A stretch of 64,000 bases of DNA from Octopus vulgaris (lineage: Eukaryota). Both the position numbers and the translations under genes were made by a program. Location of the stretch: assembly GCA_951406725.2 (NCBI GenBank), contig OX597817.1, forward strand, positions 45,384,001-45,448,000, written 5' to 3'. Positions 1-11,927 of the stretch are shown here, in pieces (position 1 is the first letter of the stretch; each line of letters begins with the position of its first letter). Below the pieces are notes generated by a model, which did no database searches, had not been told where the DNA came from, and worked only from the letters and a program-made list of their open reading frames with translations.

Positions 1-123
1 AGATAAATTGCGAATATATCTCTAACAGTTCAAATACTAAGAAATAAGCATACTCAATTTAATTTTTTCGAAATAATTTAGGATAATGAATGGGTTACTT
101 CCCATAAGGATCCCCTCCAATGG

Positions 124-157
124 CTAGTGTGATATTTCCCTTGGCTTTTAAAATAAA

Positions 158-224
<67 letters not shown>

Positions 225-409
225 GCACCTTCCTATATATATATATAAGGACCCCTTCCTATTATTAATTTTTCAGCAATCTGAATATGCCATGAGGAAT
301 CTACTCACGTGTCAAGTTTCATCAAAACCGATAAAACGTTGTAGGAGGAGTTACCAAACAACTCCACGCAAACACCCCAACAGAAAAAAATTCCCACATA
401 TGTAGTAGA
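124..409 (-). mobile_element. Short non-autonomous Helitron-like element (degenerate)
   Basis: On the minus strand it begins TCTACTAC and ends CACTAG. It contains the 'tgtcaagtttcatcaaaaccgat' motif shared with the Helitron-like copy at 40999-41380. Confidence 0.4.
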
Positions 410-469
410 TATATATCTATGTATGTATAATTATGTGAAAAATGTGCACTATCATTTTTTCCAAAATAC

Positions 470-560
470 ACTAATATTCATATATAGAATGAAATATACG
501 CATACATACATGAATGCATCCAAACGTGCGCGCACACACACACACACAATCACACATGCG

Positions 561-606
<46 letters not shown>

Positions 607-833
607 AATATTAAATTTCTAAATATCTCAGAGAGATGTACGTTGTATAGAGTGGTTGTATACTGTCAACTTAACGTGACAGTAGGGATTACACCACCGC
701 TGTTTAGCCCTAGGAAGCATCGACGCTTCCTGTTGGAAATCGACACATTTCCAACAGGAAGCGTCGATGCTTCCTAGGGCTAAACAGCGGTGGTGTAATT
801 CCCTACTGTCACGTTAAGTTGACAGTATACAAC

Positions 834-871
<38 letters not shown>

Positions 872-964
872 CGCATGTGTGATTGTGTGTGTGTGTGTGC
901 GCGCACGTTTGGATGCATTCATGTATGTATGCGTATATTTCATTCTATATTAGTGAATATTAGT
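470..964. repeat. Nested fold-back palindrome (~495 bp)
   Basis: Inner arms 652-740 and 747-836 are near-perfect reverse complements around a 6-nt loop (cgacac). Outer arms 470-~600 and ~837-964 are also reverse complements, including their (CA)n and (TA)n tracts. Confidence 0.95.
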
Positions 965-1162
965 ATATATATATATATATAAGTAAATATATGGCACAAC
1001 GAAGTACCGATATTTACTGGAAATAGCGAACGTAATAATACGACGCTAATGTATAGCTTCACCGCGTATGTACTAGCAAAAATGCGTGAGTGCAACAAAC
1101 TAGAAAACATTGTCTTACCTCCAGGGAGAACATCTGAAAGATGAAATACCTAGAAAAGGATA

Positions 1163-1242
1163 ATGTGGGACCGGATCCGGTTTCAGATTTTTCAAGATAT
1201 GCCTCAACACATATACATGATCTATCTTAATCAGCCAAACAT
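1163..1242 (-). ncRNA. Type I hammerhead ribozyme copy, probably inactive (G8U)
   Basis: Reverse complement of the 1540-1619 motif, but the core reads CUGAUUA instead of CUGAUGA. Confidence 0.65.
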
Positions 1243-1539
1243 ATACCACGACAACATTTCAGATGTTACCACATTAATGCCAATACACTCGACTGAAACG
1301 CCGAAACGCTAACAGAACGTTCGCTATTTCCAGTAAATATCGGTACTTCGTTGTACCATATATTTACTTCTATGTATTATTTTCCCTCGCGGGCTATTCT
1401 TTACTGGAAGGCAATACTTTCGTATTGCATTACTAATTTTATTGAAGCTTCTTCACCGTTCTCGTTCTGTTAGCGTTTCGGCGTTTCAGTCGAGTGTATT
1501 GGCATTAATGTGGTAACATCTGAAATGTTGTCGTGGTAT

Positions 1540-1619
1540 ATGTTTGGCTGATGAAGATAGATCAAGTATATTTGTTGAGGCATATCTTGAAAAATCTGAA
1601 ACCGGATCCGGTCCCACAT
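1540..1619 (+). ncRNA. Type I hammerhead ribozyme, canonical core
   Basis: CTGATGA at 1548-1554; stem II AGAT/ATCT; GAAAC at 1598-1602; palindromic stem III ACCGGATCCGGT; GTC triplet at 1611-1613; stem I atg(tt)tgg/ccacat. Confidence 0.8.
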
Positions 1620-1866
1620 TATCCTTTTCTAGGTATTTCATCTTTCAGATGTTCTCCCTGGAGGTAAGACAATTTTTTTCAAGTTTGTTGCACTCACGCA
1701 TTTTTGCTAGTACATACGCGGTGAAGCTATACATTAGCGTCGTATTATTACGTTCGCTATTTCCAGTAAATATCGGTACTTCGTTGTGCCATATATTTAC
1801 TTCTATGTATTATTTTCGCTCGCGGGCTATTCTTTACTGGGAAGCAATACTTTAGTATTGCATTAC

Positions 1867-1928
<62 letters not shown>

Positions 1929-1951
1929 CATAATATACATATAATTGTAAG

Positions 1952-1986
<35 letters not shown>

Positions 1987-2006
1987 TTGTAAGTATATAT
2001 ATATAT

Positions 2007-2254
2007 ATATATGAAAAAACAAGTCAAAAATAGAAAATGCTAAGATAATTTTATAGTGAATCTTTCAGTACCGGTTTCGGTCATTTTGAGACCTTTTCAA
2101 CTGTAACGATTAAATAATTAAATTTAGAAAAATTAGTAGAAAAGATTTTTTAAAAGAATATTTCTGTAGTAGTGTTCAGATATAAGTAGCATTCTGCCTT
2201 TCTCTGACTCACTTGTTTGCACTTTCTATTTTTGAACTTGTTTTTTCATATATA
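2007..2254 (-). mobile_element. Mini Penelope-like fold-back element with ~33-bp inverted ends and one HHR
   Basis: 2007-2040 (atgaaaaaacaagtcaaaaatagaaaatgc) is the imperfect reverse complement of 2219-2254. It lies between (TA)n tracts and contains an HHR at 2066-2103. Confidence 0.6.
2066..2103 (-). ncRNA. Minimal type I hammerhead, U3:A8 core variant
   Basis: Minus strand reads CAG-TTGAAAA-GGTC(tcaaaat)GACC-GAAAC-CG-GTA-CTG. Stems I and II pair and stem III (ACCGGT) is palindromic. Confidence 0.7.
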
Positions 2255-2281
2255 CCAACTCGTGTGTTCCTTTCCACCCTT

Positions 2282-2342
<61 letters not shown>

Positions 2343-2825
2343 TTCATGTATATATGTGTATTCCTACATCTCCTTATATATAAGGATTTCTTTTGGGAAA
2401 TATATACTCGCGCTCACCGAAACATGCACAAACTCACACGTTACCCTTCTAACCTGAACCTAATTTTTGGGAACCTGTCATAATTAATACACAATATATT
2501 TAGAAAAAATCATATTCTAAATCATATATACAGACATTAGAAACGACCACTAGTTTACTTTGTGTTTCAGGAATTTGTCTCTCCACTTCATAACTGTAAA
2601 TTCATGTCTGCTAAAAAAAATTTGAAGTCATTCTTAAAATATAAATTCTTCAAGACCTTTAGGCAAGACATTAATCCAGACAAAATGAACAGATGGATAC
2701 ACGCAATATATAATAATAGATGACAGTAAATAAGAACTGTAACAAACAATCACACATGTTGAAGCGCAAACCGAAAACTCATGTGTTTGTAGCAATGCTG
2801 ACGCACACATACACATATACATATA

Positions 2826-3218
2826 CGAGCAAAACGCCCCCTAGCCAATGAACGGTGCTGAGTTGTCAAATATTTAAACCAAATTTTCTCAAAATAACTT
2901 GTCCGACCATCCCATAGGCCTCCCCTTTTGTTTGAGAAACACTGATCTAACCTAAATTTGAGACACCGTCCGTGCATTTTTCTCGCTTACGCGTAGTATC
3001 GATTGCAACAGCTGATGTACTTGGGCATACAAATGCACGTTCTCACGGCTTTATCAATCACATTCTCACCTGGAATCGAGTTTTGTAATTTTTCCAAGAC
3101 TTATACACGCCCTGATATCGTCGGTATCTACATATCAAATTTGAGCGCAATCGGATGTAGGATGCCCAAGATCCTAGAAGACACACACAGACAGACACAA
3201 CGGGTTTTTTATAATAGA
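2826..3218 (-). mobile_element. Non-autonomous Helitron-like repeat (copy 1)
   Basis: Clearly homologous to 14469-14852. The minus-strand 5' end is A|TCTATTATA, followed by a (TG)/(TCTG) microsatellite and 'ctcaaatttgatatgtag'. Confidence 0.6.
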
Positions 3219-4959
3219 TATTCTAGCCTTTTCATATGTGTCACCAAATCGCTAATAGTAACGTGTTGTCCTTTAAAACATCACATTCATAATATAAGCG
3301 ATCCATATTGCCTTCATTGCTAACAATATGTGGCAATCACTTTCACAGCTAGAAATTTCTGTAAACAGTTTTTAAAATCTATAAATCTAAAATGAGTGTC
3401 ACTATATATAATTTGTACAAATAAGTTTTTCTTTTTAATTAAAATATATACAAATCAACATATCACAGTACTCTACAAAAGGTGTATATTAGATGATATT
3501 TAGAGAAATCGCTCTAAAGAAAAAGATGAATTAAAAGTATTGTAGCTTAACACATTAATTTCTCATTTATGCTTCTGATTCCTGCCGGATAGTTTCACAG
3601 TCATGTAGATGCATACATACACACACACATACATACATACATACATACATACATACATACATACATACATACATACATACATAAATACATACACACACAT
3701 ACACATATATATATATATGTTATTACATTATTTATAATATAAAAATTTTTCTTTGCCTATCAGCTAGCGTTAGCGACCAGCAATGTTATAAATTACTGTT
3801 TCGTTCTGATGATTTGCCATTAAAGATCGATTATGCAACCGTAAAACCCACTAGTATACGCTAGTGAAACACGTGTAAAGATTATTTAAAGTAGGCTGTA
3901 ATAATAAACAAATTCTGAAACGAATCTTAAGCGTAAATTTTGATCATGTGTATGTATGTAGGTATAGATAGATAGATAGATAGATACAGAGAATGTGTGG
4001 GAGATACAGGGGGAGGTGAGATAGGGAGGGTGGAGAAATGAAGAAATTGACAGATAGATAATATATTGAAATTATTGTTGTGTATATGATACAAATATTT
4101 TCTCTGAATACAGAAATCCTATGAAGAATTTGTAATTTGGAAGATTGATATTTTTGATTTCATTGAATATTATTTAATGGTACGCTGATTGTGCTTAGAA
4201 ATTATACAATTTCATTGATGTGCGGTTTTCGTATACAGTATTGTTGAATTCCGCTTTCTATTCGTATATAAAGAGCAAAATACATAGAGGTGCTTTATTT
4301 TAACATGCAGTTGTTTTTCATTGTATTCAAATTCTTTCGTAAAAACGGAGCCTTTCAAAGAGATGGAATATATATTAGAAGTTTTCCATTACAATTAGAT
4401 AGAAAGGTTGGGTGTTATTACTGACAAGAAGTAAACATTGATCTACATTAATTATGTTTTGTAAGGAATATAAGAAAAAAAAAACACATCACTATCCAAA
4501 AGTGAATTCTACATTAATAGCACTTTATATTCGATATCTACTTAAATAGCGTGTAACTAAAGTTATTAAAAATATGTAAAGCAAGGTTTGTATATAATAT
4601 ATATTCTCATAATGTAAGAATACAATATAACAAAATTTTAATTATTGGAGATGTAACAGAGTCACTATAATACACAAAGAGACACACTCACATGAATATA
4701 AGCCAGTAGTTATTGTCGACATAGCTAGAGATTGTTTAACTCTGAGCAGATATGGTTTTCCAAAATTAGACAAACAGCATGGACTATTCGAATCATACTT
4801 ATATTTCTAGTATGATGCACGTATTTAAAAACCACATCTCTCCGATCAAATACTAGATTCATAAGTATTCATCACACTTAATTGTACCTCACGTAATCTG
4901 TCGATCCTCTGATCAGATATGCGTAATATATTAATGAGGTCATCCTAAAACCAAAGAAC

Positions 4960-5340
4960 ACATATATGGACCGCTTCGTTAGACTTACAGTTGTCATACC
5001 ATGAATGCAATCGTGGGTTATTTTTGTTTCCAACGTCTCGAAACAGTTGGGGTCACGAATCGGGGCGTTTACACGTCTGTCGCAGTCTGTTTGGTGAAAA
5101 TAAGGCCACACAAAGGGGTAACTACACTGTATGTCGGCGAACAATGTTACTCCAGGCTTCCCTACCATTTATTGAAGCTTCCGCCCTCAAATGTCCGATG
5201 TATATTAGGAATTTTATGCGAACGCTACTAAAAATTGTGCTCCTTCTAAATTGTTTAAAATACCCATATATCTTTCCGTTGTATTATATTTAAAAAGTCG
5301 GCTCCAGCTTGTTCCAAACAACCTTGCTGAAAAATTGCCC
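4960..5340 (-). pseudogene. Possible decayed Helitron Rep-domain fragment
   Basis: The peptide TDCDRRVNAPIRDPNCFETLETKITHDCIHG resembles the Helitron Rep 'D..+SAEIPDP...L...+...MIHG' segment. An upstream frameshifted ARLF.NKLE resembles 'ARVF..KL'. By-eye match only. Confidence 0.35.
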
Positions 5341-5847
5341 TTGAGGGCATTGACGTGGACTGAGTTACCTTCCGATCAAGCAAACAATTCAAGACTGGTT
5401 ATCAAGTGGCGGTGAGTGATGACAACCAAACAGAAAGAAACAAATACACATAGATAAAACAGTTATACGCACAAACACACACACTTACACACAGACACGC
5501 ATAAACATACACACACACACACACACACAAACGCACTTAATATTCTTAAAGCTGCCAAAACATCACAAAAATATCACAAAATATGTCAATCAGAGTTCTT
5601 CGTTCTCGTTTATCGGACAGTTTTGATTACGAATAGAACAAAATAAGGTTATCCGTATAATGTACAATTTAGGACTGTACATGGACAACAGCCTTATCAA
5701 CGGCAGTGAGTTAGAAAGACTTAGGAAGAATCCTATTACTTTCTTTCAAAAATGAACTTACGGATAATGATAGAAACTAACCTAAATGATGTGGATTATT
5801 TTAGACATTTCCTTAGATTTGCAATTAGATGTACTGAAACCCTAACG

Positions 5848-5981
5848 TAAGAATTTATCAAGTAGGTAGCGTGAAAAACCTCATAAGAGAAAAAAATCCA
5901 CCAATTTTTTCACTTAAATATAAAATTGGTGGGTTTTTTCTCTTATGAGGTTATTCACGCTAACTACTTGATAAATTCTTA
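5848..5981. repeat. 134-bp hairpin / MITE-like inverted repeat
   Basis: Arms 5848-5908 and 5922-5981 are reverse complements with a few mismatches. It is bounded by TA on both sides. Confidence 0.85.
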
Positions 5982-6189
5982 TGAAGATTTTATCCTATTT
6001 TTAAATTATAAATTTAACCGGAGTATATTCAATACTGAATTATTCCGAGTAAGCACATTGTTATCAAAATGCAATTCGAAAAAGCCTGCCATTTACATAG
6101 ATGTATAAGGGTGAACAGTTCTATATACTACGGTGGATACGATGGTTGTTCGTCTGGTATGTTGATTTCGTTTATTCACTATAAATCTT

Positions 6190-6269
6190 GAATTATCCTT
6201 GCTCTGATGAGTAAAGGGTGCAAACCACTGCACTGATTACGAAATCAAAGGTGATCTATAGCTGAATTC
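6190..6269 (+). ncRNA. Hammerhead motif with intact core and imperfect stem I, in a PLE-like 3' fragment
   Basis: CTGATGA at 6204-6210; stem II GTAA/TTAC with inner gtgca/tgcac hairpin; GAAAT at 6241; stem III ATCA(aagg)TGAT; ATC triplet at 6254-6256. The fragment ends at (TA)n at 6393. Confidence 0.55.
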
Positions 6270-6389
6270 TGTTTTTAAATGACTTTCTTCGAGAGTTGCA
6301 TTCGGTAAGATATGGTTATCTATTTTAGTAGTTTTGACTTTAAGAATCCCTCCTAGTGTGTGGCATTTATGTGTAATAATGCCCTCTAT

Positions 6390-6456
<67 letters not shown>

Positions 6457-7949
6457 GGCAGAATTCTACACAGTTTCTGACCCCTACTTTCAGTCATAAG
6501 TTATTTGTGTGTCCGGGCTACAGTAGGAAACAGTTGCCCAAAGTAACACTCAGAAAGACTACTCCATCGGAAGAGAATTGATCCTTAGAGCCTGTAGACT
6601 GAGGCTTTGGTGCAAGTTTTAAATCCTTCGTTTGATCCAAACTTACCTGGAGAAGGATGTATGTTGTAAGTACTTGACTCCGATGATGTATCAATGATGT
6701 ATCTCTGATGATGTATCAATGCGCTGTATCTATAGATGGAAGCAGACTGACTATGCATAGGCATCTCTGTATGTGTGTCTGTGTGTCCACCTGTGCGTTC
6801 GCGTGTGTATATGTTTGTGAGCTGAATATCGGAATCTTATTCATTCAATTGGATAACGAAAGCTAAAGGAACATATAAACTTGGTGGCATCTATTCAGAA
6901 CATTCGATTTCCTGTCTACTTGCAGATTCACGTTCCCATTCATATATACATTTAAATGTATATATGCGTGTGTGTATGCGTGTGTACGCGTATGTTTATG
7001 CATACGCCTACACACTTATTACTTACCTAGAACTATAAATATGAACGGCTAATCTTGCTTAGCCTGGATATAAAATGGAGAACTGGCAATTATGTATTCC
7101 TAAGACCTAAGCTTCAAATACCATATTTTGTGCTGTCTATAACACGAAATAATAGATATGAGATTATCAGGTTGTAATCTCTTAACATTTAACTATTATA
7201 TACATGTTCATTTATTCTATTTATATACAATTTTTAATTTAAATTTAATTTTAAAAATCATCAGTACTCTTATGTTCAGTTCGCTGAGGTTGGGCCATAT
7301 CAGTACTAAAATAGCATTTATGTAAGCATTGCGTTTTTTATTTAATGAAGACCAACGTGATGCCTACATTAATGTATACAACATGTTATGCCTAATACTG
7401 AGACATTTTGAGCATGATTCACATAAAACTGTAACAGACCTCTATGCGATTATCTAAAATATCGCTATTAGAGTCTTTATATTTCTTATAGAACGTATTT
7501 TGAAAAATATATCAACACGTATTTAGCATTCGTTTCACGAATAAAAAATGACTGATGTACCGTTAAACGTATTGAGAAAACATCTCAACCAATATCTATG
7601 TTTTAATATATATGCTTTATTTATAAGTGATGCACAGCGTGTATACTACCCCATCTGGCTAATTTTGTATATTCGTCAATATCAGATATCAATAAGTGAG
7701 GTTGTACCAGTCGTGAGTATCCACTGGAAACTTGTGTGCACATATATTCCATTAAATGCAATTACAATACACTGCAAAATTTTCCTCATCGTCTCTATAT
7801 ACAGGTTTTTACAAAACACATGCATATATCCCTCCCAAAGCAGAATATCAAAGTACTCGACGGCTGTATGGATAGGTAGAGAGTAGTAAGTTGAAATTAT
7901 GTCTGCCCCACTGAGAGAAAGAGAAAATAGGTCCAAGAAATGAGGAGGT

Positions 7950-8350
7950 TCATCCAAAATCAGGTGATCACGACCTTGTAACACTTATCTCATGACCTAC
8001 TCGAAGAGGGAGTTATTGTTTGCGGAGACACATCCTGGTGTAGGAGCTTTATCAGTGATCTTTGATGTAATTTGTCCAAAGACGTCTTGAACATTACAGG
8101 GTCTGTTTCTCCTTTAATATTTTTTGGTGTAATGTTAAAGAGAACGGAGCCAATTGATGCGAAATAATTGTTCCGTATTGTTGTCGTTAAATGCGAGTAT
8201 CATTTATGTTGTCGGTGGAGAGCACGGTGTCCAAGTCTCAGGTTTATACCAAAGGCGATGTCAGCATCCATCGGCAATGCTGATGGCATATTTTCCACAG
8301 CATGCATATGATGTAGCGCTCACAGCGACGTTGGAGGGAATATATGCTCA
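7950..8350 (-). mobile_element. CR1/L2-group LINE ORF2 C-terminal remnant
   Basis: Minus-strand peptides SLQRRCERYIICMLWK and IRNNYFASIGSVLFNITPKNIKGETDPVMFKTSLDKL are typical of the post-RT region. It is truncated by a Helitron at 8360. Confidence 0.7.
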
Positions 8351-8359
8351 CACGCCCAA

Positions 8360-8752
8360 TCTCTCTCTATATAAAGCTGAAGTTGTCTGCGTATGGCAGG
8401 TTTGGTAGCCTTCAACTAACACTATCTCCTCCAAGGCCCTGCGGCGCAAGTTGACCAAAATTGAAAGTATGCTAGAAGAAGGCTTGTTCTTCATTCCGTA
8501 GGAGAAAACATTCAAATCGGACTATGTTAATACAAAAAATTATTTACATAAAAAAGGTGTTTCTTTTTCTATGAAAATCCCAACTTTTTACGATTTTTTA
8601 ACTGCTGTGGTGCCATTTTTCGGTGTATTTCAACCATAAAAATGTTCACTTAAAGAGAATAACAAACTACATAATGCAAAACTTATACTTTTAAAAAACT
8701 CCAATTCTAAAGGGTCGCAATAAACCCGAGCAACGCCGGGCGATACTGCTAG
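8360..8752 (+). mobile_element. Non-autonomous Helitron
   Basis: 5' A|TC start; 3' hairpin cccgagcaacgccggg followed by CTAG|T. The same 3' end occurs at 10883, 33106 and 40999. Confidence 0.8.
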
Positions 8753-9136
8753 TACAAATATAAGACTGAAGTGATATATTCTGTCATATGTACTTGCTAC
8801 TACGCTGTAAAGAGTAAGAAATACATAAACTCTTACTTGTAGAAGATTGAAGGAAATACATAATAATTAAACTTTTGATATTATTATAGTAGCTTACTGA
8901 TCAAAACTATGTTCTAGTACTAAAAGATTACATCAATTTGTATTAGTGCCAAGATAATAAAGTACTCTCCACTTTTATATTTACTAGCAAAACTATCCAA
9001 GCTTTTAGACACCATATTTATCTTGCAGTATATTATTATCAGATGTCATAAATTTATATGATGGAGAGGTGAATTTGTATAAATAGTTTTAATGGAAATC
9101 TCATTTATGCGTAAAGGACAGCGTGGACTGCCTATG

Positions 9137-9178
<42 letters not shown>

Positions 9179-9717
9179 ATTTATGTATCTATCTATCTGT
9201 CTCTCTATCTATTAGTCTGTGAGTGTGTGTGTGTGTACTGTCTGTGTATATGAGCATGCAATCGTGTGTAACTGGAGGCTTGAGATGCAGCATTGAATGA
9301 ATATATGTGAATATAATTATATGTCACATGTTCGTATACACTTGGACGCGAGAAGACGCTTTGCTATGGAAATCGTGTAGAGGAAAAGTTATTTCCTTAG
9401 ATATAATATGTACGACAAACGATTGTTAGGCTCTGAAGTATGGCATAGTATCGTAGGTTGCAAGCATTTCTCCACCGAAACGCTTCATCAGTTACAAATA
9501 CAGAATCATTATTTCTAAGCCCCGTGTGAACATTTGGTTCTAAAACATAAGTACTACAAATAACAGATTTAACATTTAGGCAAAATAGTTGTCAAGCTGT
9601 CATTAATTAACTGCAGGAGCAATTCGAAGAGTTGAATGAAATATATTCGTCTGCAAATACATTTAAATATTTTTAAACACTCGCCGAGAAAATACACTCG
9701 GGAGAACATTTTCTTCA

Positions 9718-10883
9718 TCTCTCTCTATATAAACGGCTGTTTGTCTGTCTGTGTGTCTGTGTGTCTGTCAGGTTGTACCCTCACCCTTACCACGACTTTC
9801 AACCGATTCTGATGAAACTTGACACACACATAGCCCAACGTCATAATTCAAAACTAACGCAGTGAAAAGTTTGAAAAGTTCCCCCAGTTCTGAAAAAATC
9901 GATAAATTCGGCATGGGGTCGAGAATCTAAGCTTTTTATATGCAACACATTTTCTGTTGTAGTTTTCGCAACTTGCAATCGATTTTCACCAAACTCATGG
10001 TGAAGCTTAATGTTACCCTAAGAAACTTAATTCTGACGTTAGTTTTCCATGCAATACCTTACCATCAGAAAAGAATCGATAAAATCATGCCATTTTGGGA
10101 AATCGCGTTCAAATTCAAGATGACGTATTTTCGACAATATCTTTCACAAATTGGCAGGAATTTTTTTAAAATTTCACAGCGAGCATCATATCTACTCCAA
10201 TGAGCTATATGACCCTTTTTATTCCAATAGGATATTTTGTTACTGGAAAAAATCGGTTAATTAAATCATATGTGGCACACATAGCGAACCGATTTGTGTA
10301 TTAAACACAAACCACAGACTGTCTAGGGGACGCAAGTCGACCTTTTTAACTCTCGGAACACGTGGGGTAATTATTCCAAAATGTATAAAAATGTACAAAA
10401 ACAGCAAAAAAAAGCGGGCCACAATGTGAGTGACAACAACGAAAAAGTCAAAAGTGACCAAACTCAAAAAACGAATGGAAAAGGTTTTTTGGTGCACACG
10501 ACAAAAGCGGTTTATAATAAACCAAGTGTTTGCAAGTAGCGTCCGAGGACCCTTAGGGTGCGTCAAAAATTTAAGGTAAAACGTTTGGAGTGGTAGTTAT
10601 AAAGAAAGTTTAAACAAAAAAAGTATTCGAATAACTTGCGGCTGCAGCAGCTATTAGCTGAAGTGGCGGTGTTGGGGGTAAAGTCTGGAATGTAATTTCT
10701 TCCTGGTAGGAATTGGTTGGGTTGAATTATCGATAGCTGTTTGATAGTTATTTGGGAGTGAAGAGAAGATATTGCAACCTACACATGCGACTTCGTTCCC
10801 TAGAGGGAAAGGACTAGATTGGGATTAGTCGTTGCCTGCTAGGGGCTCTTACATACCCGGGCAACGCCGGGCTATGCTGCTAG
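9718..10883 (+). mobile_element. Non-autonomous Helitron with internal cargo
   Basis: A|TCTCTCTCTATAT start and cccgggcaacgccggg...CTAG|T end. The first ~210 bp match the reverse complement of 41170-41380. Confidence 0.8.
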
Positions 10884-11225
10884 TAGACAATACATGTGCA
10901 AACAGAAAAAAAATGCTTTCTGGTAATCATTAGTTGTATTATTTCTTCTTCATATGTAATAGAAAATAATTTACTGTTTGCTATATTTATGTATCAGGAC
11001 AGATGCTCACATAGGGCTCAGTAAATCTAATGTAGATAAGATTTAATTGTGTTTCGTTGTGGCATATATATTAAATGCCTTTATAGAAAAGGTTACAATG
11101 GATGAGAATTCTATATATATAAATATACGAGTGATAGACAGACACAGATTAAAATTGAGAATTGGATGAAGTTATGGGAGTGCTTAGCTGTATTATATAT
11201 ACTATACATCTATATAACTATTTTT

Positions 11226-11630
11226 ACTCTCTTTTACTCTTTTACTTGTTTCAGTCATTTGAGTGTGGCCATGCTGGAGCACCGCCTTTCAGTCGAACAG
11301 ATCAACTCCAGCACTTATTCTTTGTAAGCCTAGTACTTATTCTATCGGGTCTTGTGCCGAACCGCTAAGTTACATGGACGTAAACACACAAACATCGGTT
11401 TTCAAGCGATATTGGGGGTGGGACAAACACATACACACAAACATATTCACATATATACATATATATACATATATAAGACGGGTTTCTTTCAGTTTCCGTC
11501 TACCAAATCCACTCACAAGGCTTTGGTCGGCCCGAGTTTATAGTAGAAGACACTTACCCAAAAGGCCACGCAGTGGGACTGAACCCAGAACTATGTGGTT
11601 GGTAAGCAAGCTACTTACCACATAGCCACA
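11226..11630 (-). mobile_element. tRNA-derived SINE family A
   Basis: Head gtggctatgtggtaagtagcttg...gggttcagtcccac (A/B-box-like), central microsatellite, tail gactgaaacaagtaaaagagtaaaagag. At least seven similar copies occur in the window. Confidence 0.9.
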
Positions 11631-11783
11631 TGCACAGATACATATATATGTATATACAAACACTCACCTCGATTGGATATCTATAATTATATATGTATTT
11701 CTGTGTGTGTATGTATATAATTCGATAGATAGAAGTGTGTATGGGCGTGCGTGTGTGTCTCGCTGTTTCTCTCTCGCTTAATC

Positions 11784-11823
<40 letters not shown>

Positions 11824-11927
11824 TGTGTGTGTGTATGTGTGTGTGTATGTGTGTGTGTTTGTAAGAGGGAAGATATCAGTAAGCATTTTTATATACTACA
11901 TATAGAGTTACGAAAAAATATCATAAA

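Larger units (their letters stand above)
981..1871 (+). mobile_element. Penelope-like pseudo-LTR structure (inverted plus partial tandem copy) carrying hammerhead motifs
   Basis: 981-1319 is the reverse complement of 1463-1802. 1318-~1438 is directly repeated at 1751-~1871 (period 433). The element is flanked on both sides by (TA)n and each arm contains an HHR motif. Confidence 0.75.

Noticed and set aside
603-651. Hammerhead in the unpaired part of the first palindrome (minus strand CTGAGA...GAAAT)
   Set aside because: Core spacing is wrong and there is no stem II. It is better explained as a simple agaaat/atttct hairpin.
3800-3850. CTGATGA occurrences here and at 9809 and 41504, and CTGACGA at 25970 and 36777
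   Set aside because: None has a stem II followed by GAAA plus a compatible stem I and III.
11263-11625. Recurrent peptides such as SFSFRLPNPLTRLWSAR in many ORFs, suggesting a gene family
   Set aside because: These are antisense read-through of SINE family A copies.
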